The position numbers and the translations under genes are program-made. A stretch of DNA of 64,000 nucleotides. Source: a virus. The stretch spans positions 32,001 to 96,000 of the IMG/VR virus record IMGVR_UViG_3300025117_000036. One strand, 5' to 3'. Position 1 is the stretch's first letter, and each line of letters begins with the position of its first letter. The notes under the pieces were generated by a model, which was not told the origin of the DNA, searched no databases, and saw only the letters and a list, made by a program, of their open reading frames with translations. Shown here one piece after another: positions 48,678-57,624 of the stretch.

Positions 48678-49849
48678 ACCAGCTTTGACACAACATCTTG
48701 TGTATCTTCCGCTTCCAACTTGAAACCATTAATAATTGCAGTTAAAGCTTCTGTAGATTCTGCCGCTTCCATATTTCCAAGTTTAGACATCATCATGGTA
48801 GAACGCATTAACTCGCTAATTTCTTCTACTGTTTTACCTTGCCTCGCCCACTCCAGGGAACCCCGACTAATCTGTAGCGTTGTAGACCCTAGCTCTAAAG
48901 CCAACTGATTATATTTACTTGCCAACTGACCAATTTTTTGACTACTCTCCCCCGTAACAATTTGAGTATTAGTTAATTCTTTATTCAAATCTCGAATATA
49001 CTCAATACCATCTCGAATCTTTCTCATAGTACCATAAATTGCCATCGTGCCTACGCCCCATACGGCAATTTTCTTAATACCAACATCTAACATCGAAATA
49101 AAGTTAAATCCTGATTTATTAGCACTTCTCATTTTCTCGGCGGCTTGGGCAACTGAATTACCTAAATTACCAAACGCTATTCTAACATCCTCTAACGTTG
49201 CCTTCCCTCTTTTAAATTGATCAAAAATAGCATTATAATCTTTCAACGCAGATTGTATATCTGTCTTATTAAAAACGTCTTTATTTTTTATTTTCAATCT
49301 TTCTAACGCTTGCTCTTGCCTTTTAATAGCAATTTCTTTTTGACGATCTAATTTTTCATTTTGAGCATAAGCCTCACGCAACATTCTTTCTTTTCTCAGA
49401 TTATATTCTTGATCCATCTGATAAGCAGAACGATACATTTGTTCTTGTTGCTTTGCAAATTTTTCAGCTTCTTTTCTTGCTTGATCAATATTTTGAGCGG
49501 TACTACGAGATGCTAATTCCCACTTCCCTCCACTTTCGGCAATTTTCAAATACGCTTGTTGTACCAAATTCAATTTGTCACGATATTGAACGATTGCCCC
49601 TGTCACTTCTCCCGATGGGCTTTCAAAAATCTTAACTTTTCCAAATGCTTGCACATCGCCAAAAAGTTTTTCTACTTCTCTTTTTGCACTTTGAATAGCT
49701 TCATGATTTACTCTATCATCAAACAGTACAATTTTTCTTCCCGCCGCTAATTGATTTAATGTGGCTTGTACTTTTGAAAACTGTTGTTGAAGTTGTGCTT
49801 GATCTACAATCGCTTCAACTATAACTTGATATTTATTACTAGGTGGCAT
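48678..49849 (-). CDS. tape measure protein, exon 1
   Basis: LNKELT..QIVTG, LGSTT, EWARQG, STEALTAIINGFKL..EDT..VVSKL; GGAGG RBS. Confidence 0.9.
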
Positions 49850-49879
49850 TAAAAACCTCCCTTCTTATAAAATTTATTT

Positions 49880-50893
49880 TTATAAATTAAACATGGTATC
49901 AATAACTTCTTCGGTATGATCCTTAGAGTAATCTAGAGTTGTCTTAGGGTCTGAGTGATGTAAAAATATTTGAACTTGCTCTAATGGAAATTTTTTAGGA
50001 AGACCAGTATTTTTATCTATAATTCTGGTATCTGCACCTTGCAACATACATTCCGTTCGACTATGCCTATAAGAATGGGGAAAAATATTTATTTCTTTTC
50101 CTTCCAATTCGGTTATAACTTTACGAATTTTCATAGTCCATTCATATAGAATCTCATATGATGCTTCTCGCTTATTTTCACCCTTTCCTACAACCCATAA
50201 ACAGTCTATATTATCTTCACCTCTTTCATCTAACCATTGTCTAATCAATTCTTTTGTATCATCTAAATATACTAAAGAAAATACCTTTCCTCGTTTTCCT
50301 ATTACCGAATTAGTTTTATTTCCATTTAATAAATTATATTTTTTTATTTGAGCAACTTCGTTTCGTCTTGCCCCACTATCAAACATAATCATATGAAGTA
50401 CGGCAAGCTGTATTTCTCCCATTTCAATTAGCTTTTGCCGCACTCGCATAATCTGATCAAAAGTCATAAAAAAATCATTCTCGTCTGTTCTTACTCTTTC
50501 TTTAGGCAAACCTTTTACTTTCTTTGCGACATTGGTTAAATACTCATATTCATCACTGTCTTCAATATAAGTTAACATAGACCGACACGCACTCATTATG
50601 CGATTTGTTCTAGCATTAGACATTTGACAGTCATCACTTAACCAGAGACTCAATTTTCTAAAATCTTTTTTAGATAAATTTAAAAAGAATTGATTATCGC
50701 AAAATCTTTTTACAAACAATGCAATAATCCTAAGATCGTTTGCATACTGCATTAATGTAGTTTTCTTTATTTTTCTCTGACGATACTCTTGAAGAAAATC
50801 GTCAATTATTTCTAAATTTTCTACATTAACCAATTTATATTCTTCTTCGTTATAAATTCTATTATAAATTTGTTTTTTTTTCATTTTTTCCAT
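49880..50893 (-). CDS. tyrosine recombinase (XerC/D-like)
   Basis: Catalytic residues intact: SGARRNE, GKRGK, HSYRH, LHH.D..TT..Y. Confidence 0.9.
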   Translation of the reverse strand: MEKMKKKQIYNRIYNEEEYKLVNVENLEIIDDFLQEYRQRKIKKTTLMQYANDLRIIALFVKRFCDNQFFLNLSKKDFRKLSLWLSDDCQMSNARTNRIMSACRSMLTYIEDSDEYEYLTNVAKKVKGLPKERVRTDENDFFMTFDQIMRVRQKLIEMGEIQLAVLHMIMFDSGARRNEVAQIKKYNLLNGNKTNSVIGKRGKVFSLVYLDDTKELIRQWLDERGEDNIDCLWVVGKGENKREASYEILYEWTMKIRKVITELEGKEINIFPHSYRHSRTECMLQGADTRIIDKNTGLPKKFPLEQVQIFLHHSDPKTTLDYSKDHTEEVIDTMFNL

Positions 50894-51360
50894 TCTCGTT
50901 TCTTTATTATTCCTTTATCCAACATATAACAAAGACCGACTCCACATGCATCAGATTGATCATCATTTTCAAAATTTAAATAGGGCCATCTTTCTTTTAT
51001 TTCTCTTTGTACATCTTTTTTATCGGCCCTCCCGTTACCCGTAACTGCTTTTTTCACAGTTGACGGAGCATAAAATAGTTGCTCACAATCCCAAAAAACA
51101 TAAGAAATTACACCAATAACTTTGAATAATGCTTGAGTACTAATGGAATAACGAGAAAAACCTTGTTCAAAGACAACAATATTTGTCGGATATTTTTCCC
51201 TAAGTTTTAGAAAAAAATCAGCAATTATTTTTAATCTATTTGCATGATTATATTTTGCATTTGTTTGGATACTAAATACTTGCTTTGGTTTTCCTGTTTC
51301 AGATTCAAAAATACAAATTCCAGTATTGGCAAGAGATGAATCTATTGAATATATGTACAT
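50881..51360 (-). CDS. ruvC: RuvC-like Holliday junction resolvase
   Basis: IDSSLANTG, VVFEQ, P.TVKK.VTGNG.A.K, DD.SDA. Confidence 0.85.
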   Translation of the reverse strand: MYIYSIDSSLANTGICIFESETGKPKQVFSIQTNAKYNHANRLKIIADFFLKLREKYPTNIVVFEQGFSRYSISTQALFKVIGVISYVFWDCEQLFYAPSTVKKAVTGNGRADKKDVQREIKERWPYLNFENDDQSDACGVGLCYMLDKGIIKKREWKK

Positions 51361-51391
51361 AAAAATTCCTTTAAATTTTAAAATTTAAAAA

Positions 51392-51421
51392 AAAAGAGTA
51401 TGCCAAAGGGCATACTCTTTT
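51392..51421 (-). terminator. intrinsic terminator after the holin-like gene
   Basis: GAGTATGCC/GGCATACTC stem followed by a long U run on the - strand. Confidence 0.7.
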
Positions 51422-51441
51422 AATAAAAATAATTATTTTTA

Positions 51442-51747
51442 TTATTGCTTTTTACTTGTGAGTTTATCAAACTCATGGGCCTTAGTTCCTAAAAATACAG
51501 TTGTAAAAATCATCGCTACAATTGCAAAAATTGGAGCGATTTGATTTAAAATATCTGTTGGAACATATGTAACAGTAAAATAACCAGCCAAAGCAATAAC
51601 CGCGGCTACTACAAAAAATACCCACTTTCTAGCTTCGGATGCTAATTCTTGATATTTTCCACTTCTTTCTAAAATAAAACTGGCTACCACAGCACTTCCA
51701 CCTGAAGCGAATAGCCAAGTTAAAAATTGAACTAATGTCATTGTCAT
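51442..51747 (-). CDS. putative holin
   Basis: 101 aa, three hydrophobic segments, basic C-terminus. Confidence 0.55.
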   Translation of the reverse strand: MTMTLVQFLTWLFASGGSAVVASFILERSGKYQELASEARKWVFFVVAAVIALAGYFTVTYVPTDILNQIAPIFAIVAMIFTTVFLGTKAHEFDKLTSKKQ

Positions 51748-51760
51748 AAATAGTTTCTCC

Positions 51761-52267
51761 TTAAACTTTAATATAAACTATTCCTCTTTTTTTAAATTCA
51801 CTTTCTAGAATTTTATTAACTGTGCCATTTTCAAGCATTTCTAAAAAAGGAGTCCAAAAGTCTCTTGCGGCTGTCCAAAAACCGCTTCCGAAAAGTGGGC
51901 CTGAACCACCACCAGCAACTAAATCAATCAGCATATCGCGAATATCATCTCCTCCAATCCAATAATTAGAGCCGTGTATAAAATCATCGGGATCATGAGA
52001 AAGTAAATCTGAATCGGCATAAATTTGATAAGAAATTCCTCGTCCACTAGACTTTAAAGGTTTCTTCTCCCACATTCCCAATAACCCTCCTGAATCTCCT
52101 TGTCGCGCATATGCCTTTGGACTATTAGCCTGATAAATAATTGTATCGATTAATCCTGCATCATCGGCCAATAAATCTAATAATTTTTGTGCTACACTTT
52201 CCATAACGCCACTCATTATAGAAACTAAACCTTTAGTTAATTGTTCATCATTATAATATTGTGGCAT
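51761..52267 (-). CDS. virion morphogenesis protein (tail completion-like)
   Basis: Y...P..Y.R.G..GGL...W and ARDFW.PF pattern; structural context. Confidence 0.5.
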   Translation of the reverse strand: MPQYYNDEQLTKGLVSIMSGVMESVAQKLLDLLADDAGLIDTIIYQANSPKAYARQGDSGGLLGMWEKKPLKSSGRGISYQIYADSDLLSHDPDDFIHGSNYWIGGDDIRDMLIDLVAGGGSGPLFGSGFWTAARDFWTPFLEMLENGTVNKILESEFKKRGIVYIKV

Positions 52268-52274
52268 TTATAAT

Positions 52275-52553
52275 TCACTCCTCATCTACAAAGTTTTCTT
52301 TTTTATTATTCTGACAACCCTTTTGTTTATATTCTTTTTTATATTCGCAAACACTACAAAAAAGATATTTTTTGAAATAAGTAACTCCATCTGAAATTTT
52401 TTTATCAACAATTAACACTAAAGAATTTTCTTCACATTCAGGACACTTTTTATGATAACCATTATTAAAAGAATCTTCTTTATCTTCATAATATTTATTT
52501 TTGCTTTTGCTTTTGCTTTTGCTTTTGTGTTTAGCAAACTTATTCTTCTTCAT
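52275..52553 (-). CDS. zinc-ribbon hypothetical protein
   Basis: CPEC...CSVC, Lys-rich. Confidence 0.55.
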   Translation of the reverse strand: MKKNKFAKHKSKSKSKSKNKYYEDKEDSFNNGYHKKCPECEENSLVLIVDKKISDGVTYFKKYLFCSVCEYKKEYKQKGCQNNKKENFVDEE

Positions 52554-52566
52554 GATGAAATTAAAA

Positions 52567-53208
52567 TTATTGAACCTTTTTCTTTCTTGGTTTCCTTACA
52601 GGCTCCGCAGAAGGAGTTTCTTTTCTAGGCTTGCCTGTTTCTGTAAGACCTGGATATTTTTTATTTAATTCATCTAAATTATTTGTAAATTCTTTAGATA
52701 TATTTTTTAGTGTATCCACATCAATGTTTTTAATTTTATCCAGTAAATCAATTACTTTGATAGAAATGTCATTAACAATTTTACCTACAGAATTACTTAG
52801 AAGAATTTCTGTTTCTTTAATTTTAACAACTTCATTTAATTCTTTTTCAAATTCTGAATAATTGTAAATTTCCGAAACCAATTTTCCCCATAATCCACTA
52901 TTATATACTAAATCTATACTCAAACTTTCCACATCAATATTTGTCAATCTCTCAACAATTTCTAAAATTAGCATATATTTACTTGCTATATATTTAGTGG
53001 ATATATTTTCTTCTACGTTATCTTCGTATAAACAATTGATATAATTTTGAATTATTTCTACCTTATTGGAAATAGAAATATACGGAATTAAACTTATTTT
53101 ATATGTTTCTTCTCCGATATCAAACCTTATTACTTTTTCAGCAATAGGAGCCAAATCAATTTTTGACTTTTCGATTTCGCTTTTTTCATTTTTACTTTTA
53201 GCTGGCAT
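52567..53208 (-). CDS. hypothetical protein (possible tail chaperone)
   Basis: 213 aa between the tail tube and TMP genes. Confidence 0.55.
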   Translation of the reverse strand: MPAKSKNEKSEIEKSKIDLAPIAEKVIRFDIGEETYKISLIPYISISNKVEIIQNYINCLYEDNVEENISTKYIASKYMLILEIVERLTNIDVESLSIDLVYNSGLWGKLVSEIYNYSEFEKELNEVVKIKETEILLSNSVGKIVNDISIKVIDLLDKIKNIDVDTLKNISKEFTNNLDELNKKYPGLTETGKPRKETPSAEPVRKPRKKKVQ

Positions 53209-53220
53209 GAAAATTACCCT

Positions 53221-53682
53221 TTATTTTAAAAAATTTTTTATATGATCAAAATTAGAGCGTACAATTTCAAAAATTGCAGTAGCAATCCCCAATAACCATA
53301 TAATCTTATTTGACAAAACTTCTTTGATAATTAATCTAATATCAATTTTATTTTTTTCTTCTGCTTCATCAAATCTTTTTTTTACTCCCCCAATTTCAAC
53401 CTTTAATTCAGAAGTCAACTGACCAACTGTTTTAATTTCATATCGCATAGAAGCTAATGTATCTCCCATACTATTCATAACCTGAATATTTTTTTCAAAA
53501 GCGGTTTCCAATCGACATAATACAGCTTCTAAAACGTTGCCTTGAGTATCTATATTATTAATTGAAACTCTCATATCTTCCACTCTGTCTTCTAGTCTAT
53601 CTACGCGCTCAAATAAATGTTTTACGTCATTACATGCTGTTACACATCTAGGGTTATCATTGCTTTGATCTGTCATAAGCAT
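53221..53682 (-). CDS. coiled-coil membrane-anchored protein (holin/XhlA-like)
   Basis: Heptad-rich body with a C-terminal hydrophobic helix. Confidence 0.5.
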   Translation of the reverse strand: MLMTDQSNDNPRCVTACNDVKHLFERVDRLEDRVEDMRVSINNIDTQGNVLEAVLCRLETAFEKNIQVMNSMGDTLASMRYEIKTVGQLTSELKVEIGGVKKRFDEAEEKNKIDIRLIIKEVLSNKIIWLLGIATAIFEIVRSNFDHIKNFLK

Positions 53683-53777
53683 TTACCCCCACGTTCTAAA
53701 ATTATTTAAGTTTTTATTATCGAGCATAATTCAATATGACACCTCGCTAGTTCTTTTATTTATTATATTTCTACTTA

Positions 53778-54635
53778 CTATGTTTCTATTTGCATCTCCC
53801 ACAATTTCTCAATTTCCTCTTTGGAAATATCGTTTAATTTTGCTTTCCACCCGTAAAATTCTATTGCGGCTTCATTGTAGGCTAGAGCAGCTTCGAGTTC
53901 TGTTGGGAAGTAACCAATGTGTAATTTCTTTCTATTATAAGTCAATTGCGACCCCCATTTATTTTTACATTTCTGATAATAAACACCAATATATTTACTT
54001 GTAGAAACCATATTCTTCTTGCGTCCTAATTGAATGCGTGATATTTTATCAGTTATTTCTTTATTAAGAGATAATCCAAATCGACAATTCTTTTCACCCT
54101 TTCTTGATTCTGATATTCGTCGCCTAGTTTCTTCTGAAGCCGGTTCTCTTTTATTTCTAGAAATACGCATCTTATGAAGGGTATTTTCAGTATGTTTTTT
54201 TCCAAACCAAACACTGTTTTTTCCTCCATTAGCCATTGACAATTTTTGTTTAGTTTCTTCTGATTTCGGCTTTCCCTTATTTATATCAGATAACTTTTTT
54301 CTTGTTTCTACCGATGGGTCTAAAAGGCCATCACCCCCTCTTGTGAGATTATACCCTTCACCATCATCTCGATAAGAATTGTAATAAGAAATCCAATAAA
54401 TTTCCATTAATGGCAAGTTTTCATTAGAACATTCTTGAATTATCCAATATTTAAAAATATCTTTGCCATATTTATTATATATATTTTGGAGATATCCATT
54501 ATCGTGTCTATTCAATCTTAATTCACTGTGATGCTTTTTCCATCTTCTAAATATGTTTTTGGCATAACCTATGTACTTTTTTCCATTTAATATATTCTCT
54601 ATACAATATATTCCACTTATTATATTCTTTTTCAT
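53778..54635 (-). CDS. free-standing GIY-YIG endonuclease with NUMOD3 repeats and AP2 domain
   Basis: GIYCI.N..NGKKYIG, GYNLT.GG, SEETR.K.S repeats, SKYIGV...HIGYF.TE.EAA.AYN.AA. Confidence 0.9.
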   Translation of the reverse strand: MKKNIISGIYCIENILNGKKYIGYAKNIFRRWKKHHSELRLNRHDNGYLQNIYNKYGKDIFKYWIIQECSNENLPLMEIYWISYYNSYRDDGEGYNLTRGGDGLLDPSVETRKKLSDINKGKPKSEETKQKLSMANGGKNSVWFGKKHTENTLHKMRISRNKREPASEETRRRISESRKGEKNCRFGLSLNKEITDKISRIQLGRKKNMVSTSKYIGVYYQKCKNKWGSQLTYNRKKLHIGYFPTELEAALAYNEAAIEFYGWKAKLNDISKEEIEKLWEMQIET

Positions 54636-54636
54636 T

Positions 54637-54759
54637 TTCTCTGATTTTCCTTTTTTATAAATTACTTATTATAAATTATATTCTCTGAATTAAATTAAAA
54701 AGGGGAAGGTTGTCAGAGAAGCAACTTTTCGGTAGAGTAATTACTTCTACCTATCCCCT
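54637..54759 (-). ncRNA. putative structured cis-regulatory RNA upstream of the GIY-YIG gene
   Basis: Three-way junction (AGGGGA/UCCCCU, GGUAG/CUACC, GUUG/CAAC); loop UUCUCUGA is complementary to two downstream UCAGAGAA. Confidence 0.5.
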
Positions 54760-54816
54760 ATTTTTTATTTTACCATAAAGTTACAAATTTGTTTAACTTT
54801 AATTTATAAATTTATG

Positions 54817-55842
54817 TTAAGCTTGTGCTTGTACTGTCATGGTGTCTGTTAAAGACCCGCTGGTGCTATCATAATAAGTACTCGTAATCACACAAGTACT
54901 ATCTGCCAGAACAGCAGAAGTAGCAGTAATTAATCCGGCGGCACTTACCGTAAAGGTAGTACAACCTGAAGTTCGGGTAAAACTACAGGAAGTCGTAACA
55001 TTCACGTTCGCGTATGTGCCCCCTCTGATCCCAAGAACCGTAATTTGAGAAGTATCGGGAAGATCACTCACATCGAAAGTAACAGTACTGGGGGTGGCCG
55101 CAATGTCCGTATATGCCACCGAGGTAGTACTTGCGGGAACCCACCAAACTTTGTAGTAATAATCTCCGCCTGTAGCTGCTTCCACAACAGCAGTACCTTC
55201 CAGGTTATCACTCGATACACCATTAGCATTCAAACTCATATTATAGTTACCAGACAGGTTAAAGTTTGGAATATCAATAATCAAATCATAAGTTTTAGTA
55301 TTTGATGCATCTCTTACTTCACTAATAAGAGTTAGGTGAATACCAGTTGGAGGTAGTGTAGCATAACCTACAACCTGATCAACCAGAGTTTCACTATAAT
55401 CATAAATACAGTCAACGGTTTGATTTAAACCACCAGAAACAGTAATAACCGCCCCTGAAGGAGTAATATTTTGAATTGTGCCGTTAGGGAGAATTACACC
55501 AACGGTTGAACTAGTTGGAGTTTCAGAAAGAGTGACAGAACCACCACTTAATGTTTTCGATTCTTTCTTACAAACAGTATAGGTACTGTTAGTAACAGTA
55601 GTACCCGCATTTAATGCAATAATCGATTTATTAAATGTTGCGGATTCAACCTTAACAGAAACTTCACGATCATGATAATAAGTATACAATAGTGGGTTGT
55701 TAATACCACCACGCACATCTGTTTTTTGAGTAGTAATTCCAAACGCACTAGTAATATTAGCTTTGCCTAGAAATAGTAAAGCATCAGTGGTTGCGTCTCT
55801 ACCAATTACATCAGCCACACTAACTAAAAATTCATTTGCCAT
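54817..55842 (-). CDS. major tail tube protein with C-terminal Ig-like domain
   Basis: FLVSVAD, VRGG..N.LL..Y.H.R; C-terminal I.ATPS.V...TV...G.IT. Confidence 0.7.
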   Translation of the reverse strand: MANEFLVSVADVIGRDATTDALLFLGKANITSAFGITTQKTDVRGGINNPLLYTYYHDREVSVKVESATFNKSIIALNAGTTVTNSTYTVCKKESKTLSGGSVTLSETPTSSTVGVILPNGTIQNITPSGAVITVSGGLNQTVDCIYDYSETLVDQVVGYATLPPTGIHLTLISEVRDASNTKTYDLIIDIPNFNLSGNYNMSLNANGVSSDNLEGTAVVEAATGGDYYYKVWWVPASTTSVAYTDIAATPSTVTFDVSDLPDTSQITVLGIRGGTYANVNVTTSCSFTRTSGCTTFTVSAAGLITATSAVLADSTCVITSTYYDSTSGSLTDTMTVQAQA

Positions 55843-55873
55843 ATTTTACGCTCTCCTTTTAAAATTTATAAAT

Positions 55874-56671
55874 TTATACATTACCTAATTTCCCTCCATC
55901 TACCATTTCTGGATGCTCAGTAAGATAAGCATCAGTCGAAACCAAAATACTAGAGTATCTTCCTTTTTTATCAATTGGAGATAGGAAGTGTTTTATGATT
56001 TCTGAACCATTTTTAGATTTTATTTGACCAGAAATTTCCAGAGGGGAGTAAAGATTATGATTATAAGACAATATTAATCTTTCAAAATGCTTGTTAAATT
56101 GATATAATGTATAGTCTTCAATTTCATGTATAGTCTTATGCATTATTGAACAAAATGCCCATATTTCATCCTCTAATGATAAATTCGAAAATTTACGAGA
56201 ACTATATTGCAGAACTTTTTCCAACTCAGGATGATATTCTTCTACATATTCAACAGATGATCCGTTTTGATTTAAGATAATTTCTCGTATAACTTCAAAT
56301 TCTTGTTCTGTAAAAACAGTTGCGCCAATTTTTATACTAATCTCTAGCGATACATCAGAAAACCCTATGTATACATCGTCATCGTGTTTAGTAATAATTT
56401 CTAAAAACCTTATCAATGAAACATCTAAAGATTCGCCCAAATCTTTACTCCATTGAGAATTAATGTATATTAATAAAAACTTTAAATATGATGCTTTAAT
56501 TATTTCTTTTTGAGAAATAAAGTCTTTTGGATATTGAAAAATTTTATAATATAAACTTTGGGCCTCAAAATCTTTTAATTTTATCGGATAAAATTCTACA
56601 CCTTTATATATTTGAGGAAGTCCAAACATATCGTTCTTATTATTATAAAACTTTTTTGTAATTTTTCTCAT
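55874..56671 (-). CDS. phage structural/assembly protein
   Basis: FE.IREIIL.QN and YT.YQF...F.R pattern; structural operon. Confidence 0.55.
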   Translation of the reverse strand: MRKITKKFYNNKNDMFGLPQIYKGVEFYPIKLKDFEAQSLYYKIFQYPKDFISQKEIIKASYLKFLLIYINSQWSKDLGESLDVSLIRFLEIITKHDDDVYIGFSDVSLEISIKIGATVFTEQEFEVIREIILNQNGSSVEYVEEYHPELEKVLQYSSRKFSNLSLEDEIWAFCSIMHKTIHEIEDYTLYQFNKHFERLILSYNHNLYSPLEISGQIKSKNGSEIIKHFLSPIDKKGRYSSILVSTDAYLTEHPEMVDGGKLGNV

Positions 56672-57214
56672 TTATACCGCCCAATTGCAAAAGATTATCG
56701 ATTTTCCTACAAATGGAGTATAGCCAACAACCCTAAGACGACAACGAGGATTCATTCTTGCATCAAAGTATAACTTTCCTAATCCTCCCACATCTGCACC
56801 ATTAAAAATTCTAATTAATTCTTGTGCTAACATATCGGCTCTTGTCTGATAATTACTAAGTTGAGCAACCTTCGCGTGAGGGTATATTTCCATGCCTATA
56901 GAAATATTCCCTACAACATAATTCACAGGATCGGCGGTTAAAACAGAAATTCGTAATTGGCAACATTCTTCTACCCATGCCGAATCTAACCCCGTTGTCA
57001 TAAACACCCTACAATCCGTCATAGTTTTTAAACCATCGTAAATCAACGCTCCCTTTTGAGATTTTGTAAGATCAGGATGGGAACTATCTTCTTTCCAGGC
57101 ATTTGCATCATTATATTGTAATAACTTCCACACTAATTCACTATTATCAATTAAGTGTGTTATGCAATTATAGGGTAAAATAGGGAGAATACCAAAATCA
57201 TTATAGTTTGACAT
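56672..57214 (-). CDS. putative tail terminator / neck protein
   Basis: WKLL.Y..A..., R.D......FNG...GG.G.L.F; upstream of the tail tube gene. Confidence 0.55.
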   Translation of the reverse strand: MSNYNDFGILPILPYNCITHLIDNSELVWKLLQYNDANAWKEDSSHPDLTKSQKGALIYDGLKTMTDCRVFMTTGLDSAWVEECCQLRISVLTADPVNYVVGNISIGMEIYPHAKVAQLSNYQTRADMLAQELIRIFNGADVGGLGKLYFDARMNPRCRLRVVGYTPFVGKSIIFCNWAV

Positions 57215-57241
57215 TTGCCATAAATTCTCCTCATTAAAAGC

Positions 57242-57274
57242 AAAGAGAATATTAATTTAATTAATATTCTCTTT
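57242..57274. repeat. perfect inverted repeat (16-bp arms), possible terminator or operator
   Basis: AAAGAGAATATTAATT-T-AATTAATATTCTCTTT; an ATAAAA-N6-TTTTAT site lies at 57291-57308. Confidence 0.6.
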
Positions 57275-57324
57275 ACATTTTATTAATAAAATAAAAACAA
57301 TATTTTATTTAATTCAATCTTATT

Positions 57325-57588
57325 TTAATTTTTCTGATTTTCTTGATCTTCTTGATTTTTTTGACCGGAATGTTCATCACGATCTTCAGCTTCAAGTTCT
57401 AAAAGAATTTCTTTTAAAGAATCGATTTTACCTTGTAGTTGAGCAACGTGGACATTAGTTTCATGAATAAAATCTAAAATGCCCGTTTGTCTCATAAATT
57501 CATTAAGTTTATCTTGATTTTCTTTTTGATATTTTTTTAATTCTTCATCTAGAAATTCAATCTTTTCTTGAATAATACTCGATTTCAT
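57325..57588 (-). CDS. small coiled-coil protein (possible fibre chaperone)
   Basis: 87 aa directly after the large fibre gene; GGAG RBS. Confidence 0.55.
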   Translation of the reverse strand: MKSSIIQEKIEFLDEELKKYQKENQDKLNEFMRQTGILDFIHETNVHVAQLQGKIDSLKEILLELEAEDRDEHSGQKNQEDQENQKN

Positions 57589-57624
57589 TTTTTAATTATC
57601 TCCAATATTCAAAACATGTATAAA

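Noticed and set aside
48614-49849. 411-aa ORF as a complete gene or frameshifted TMP pseudogene
   Set aside because: The last ~20 codons are intron 1 sequence; splicing restores a full TMP.
52499-52527. TTTTGC tandem repeat
   Set aside because: A short low-complexity KSKSKS coding tract with no further structure.
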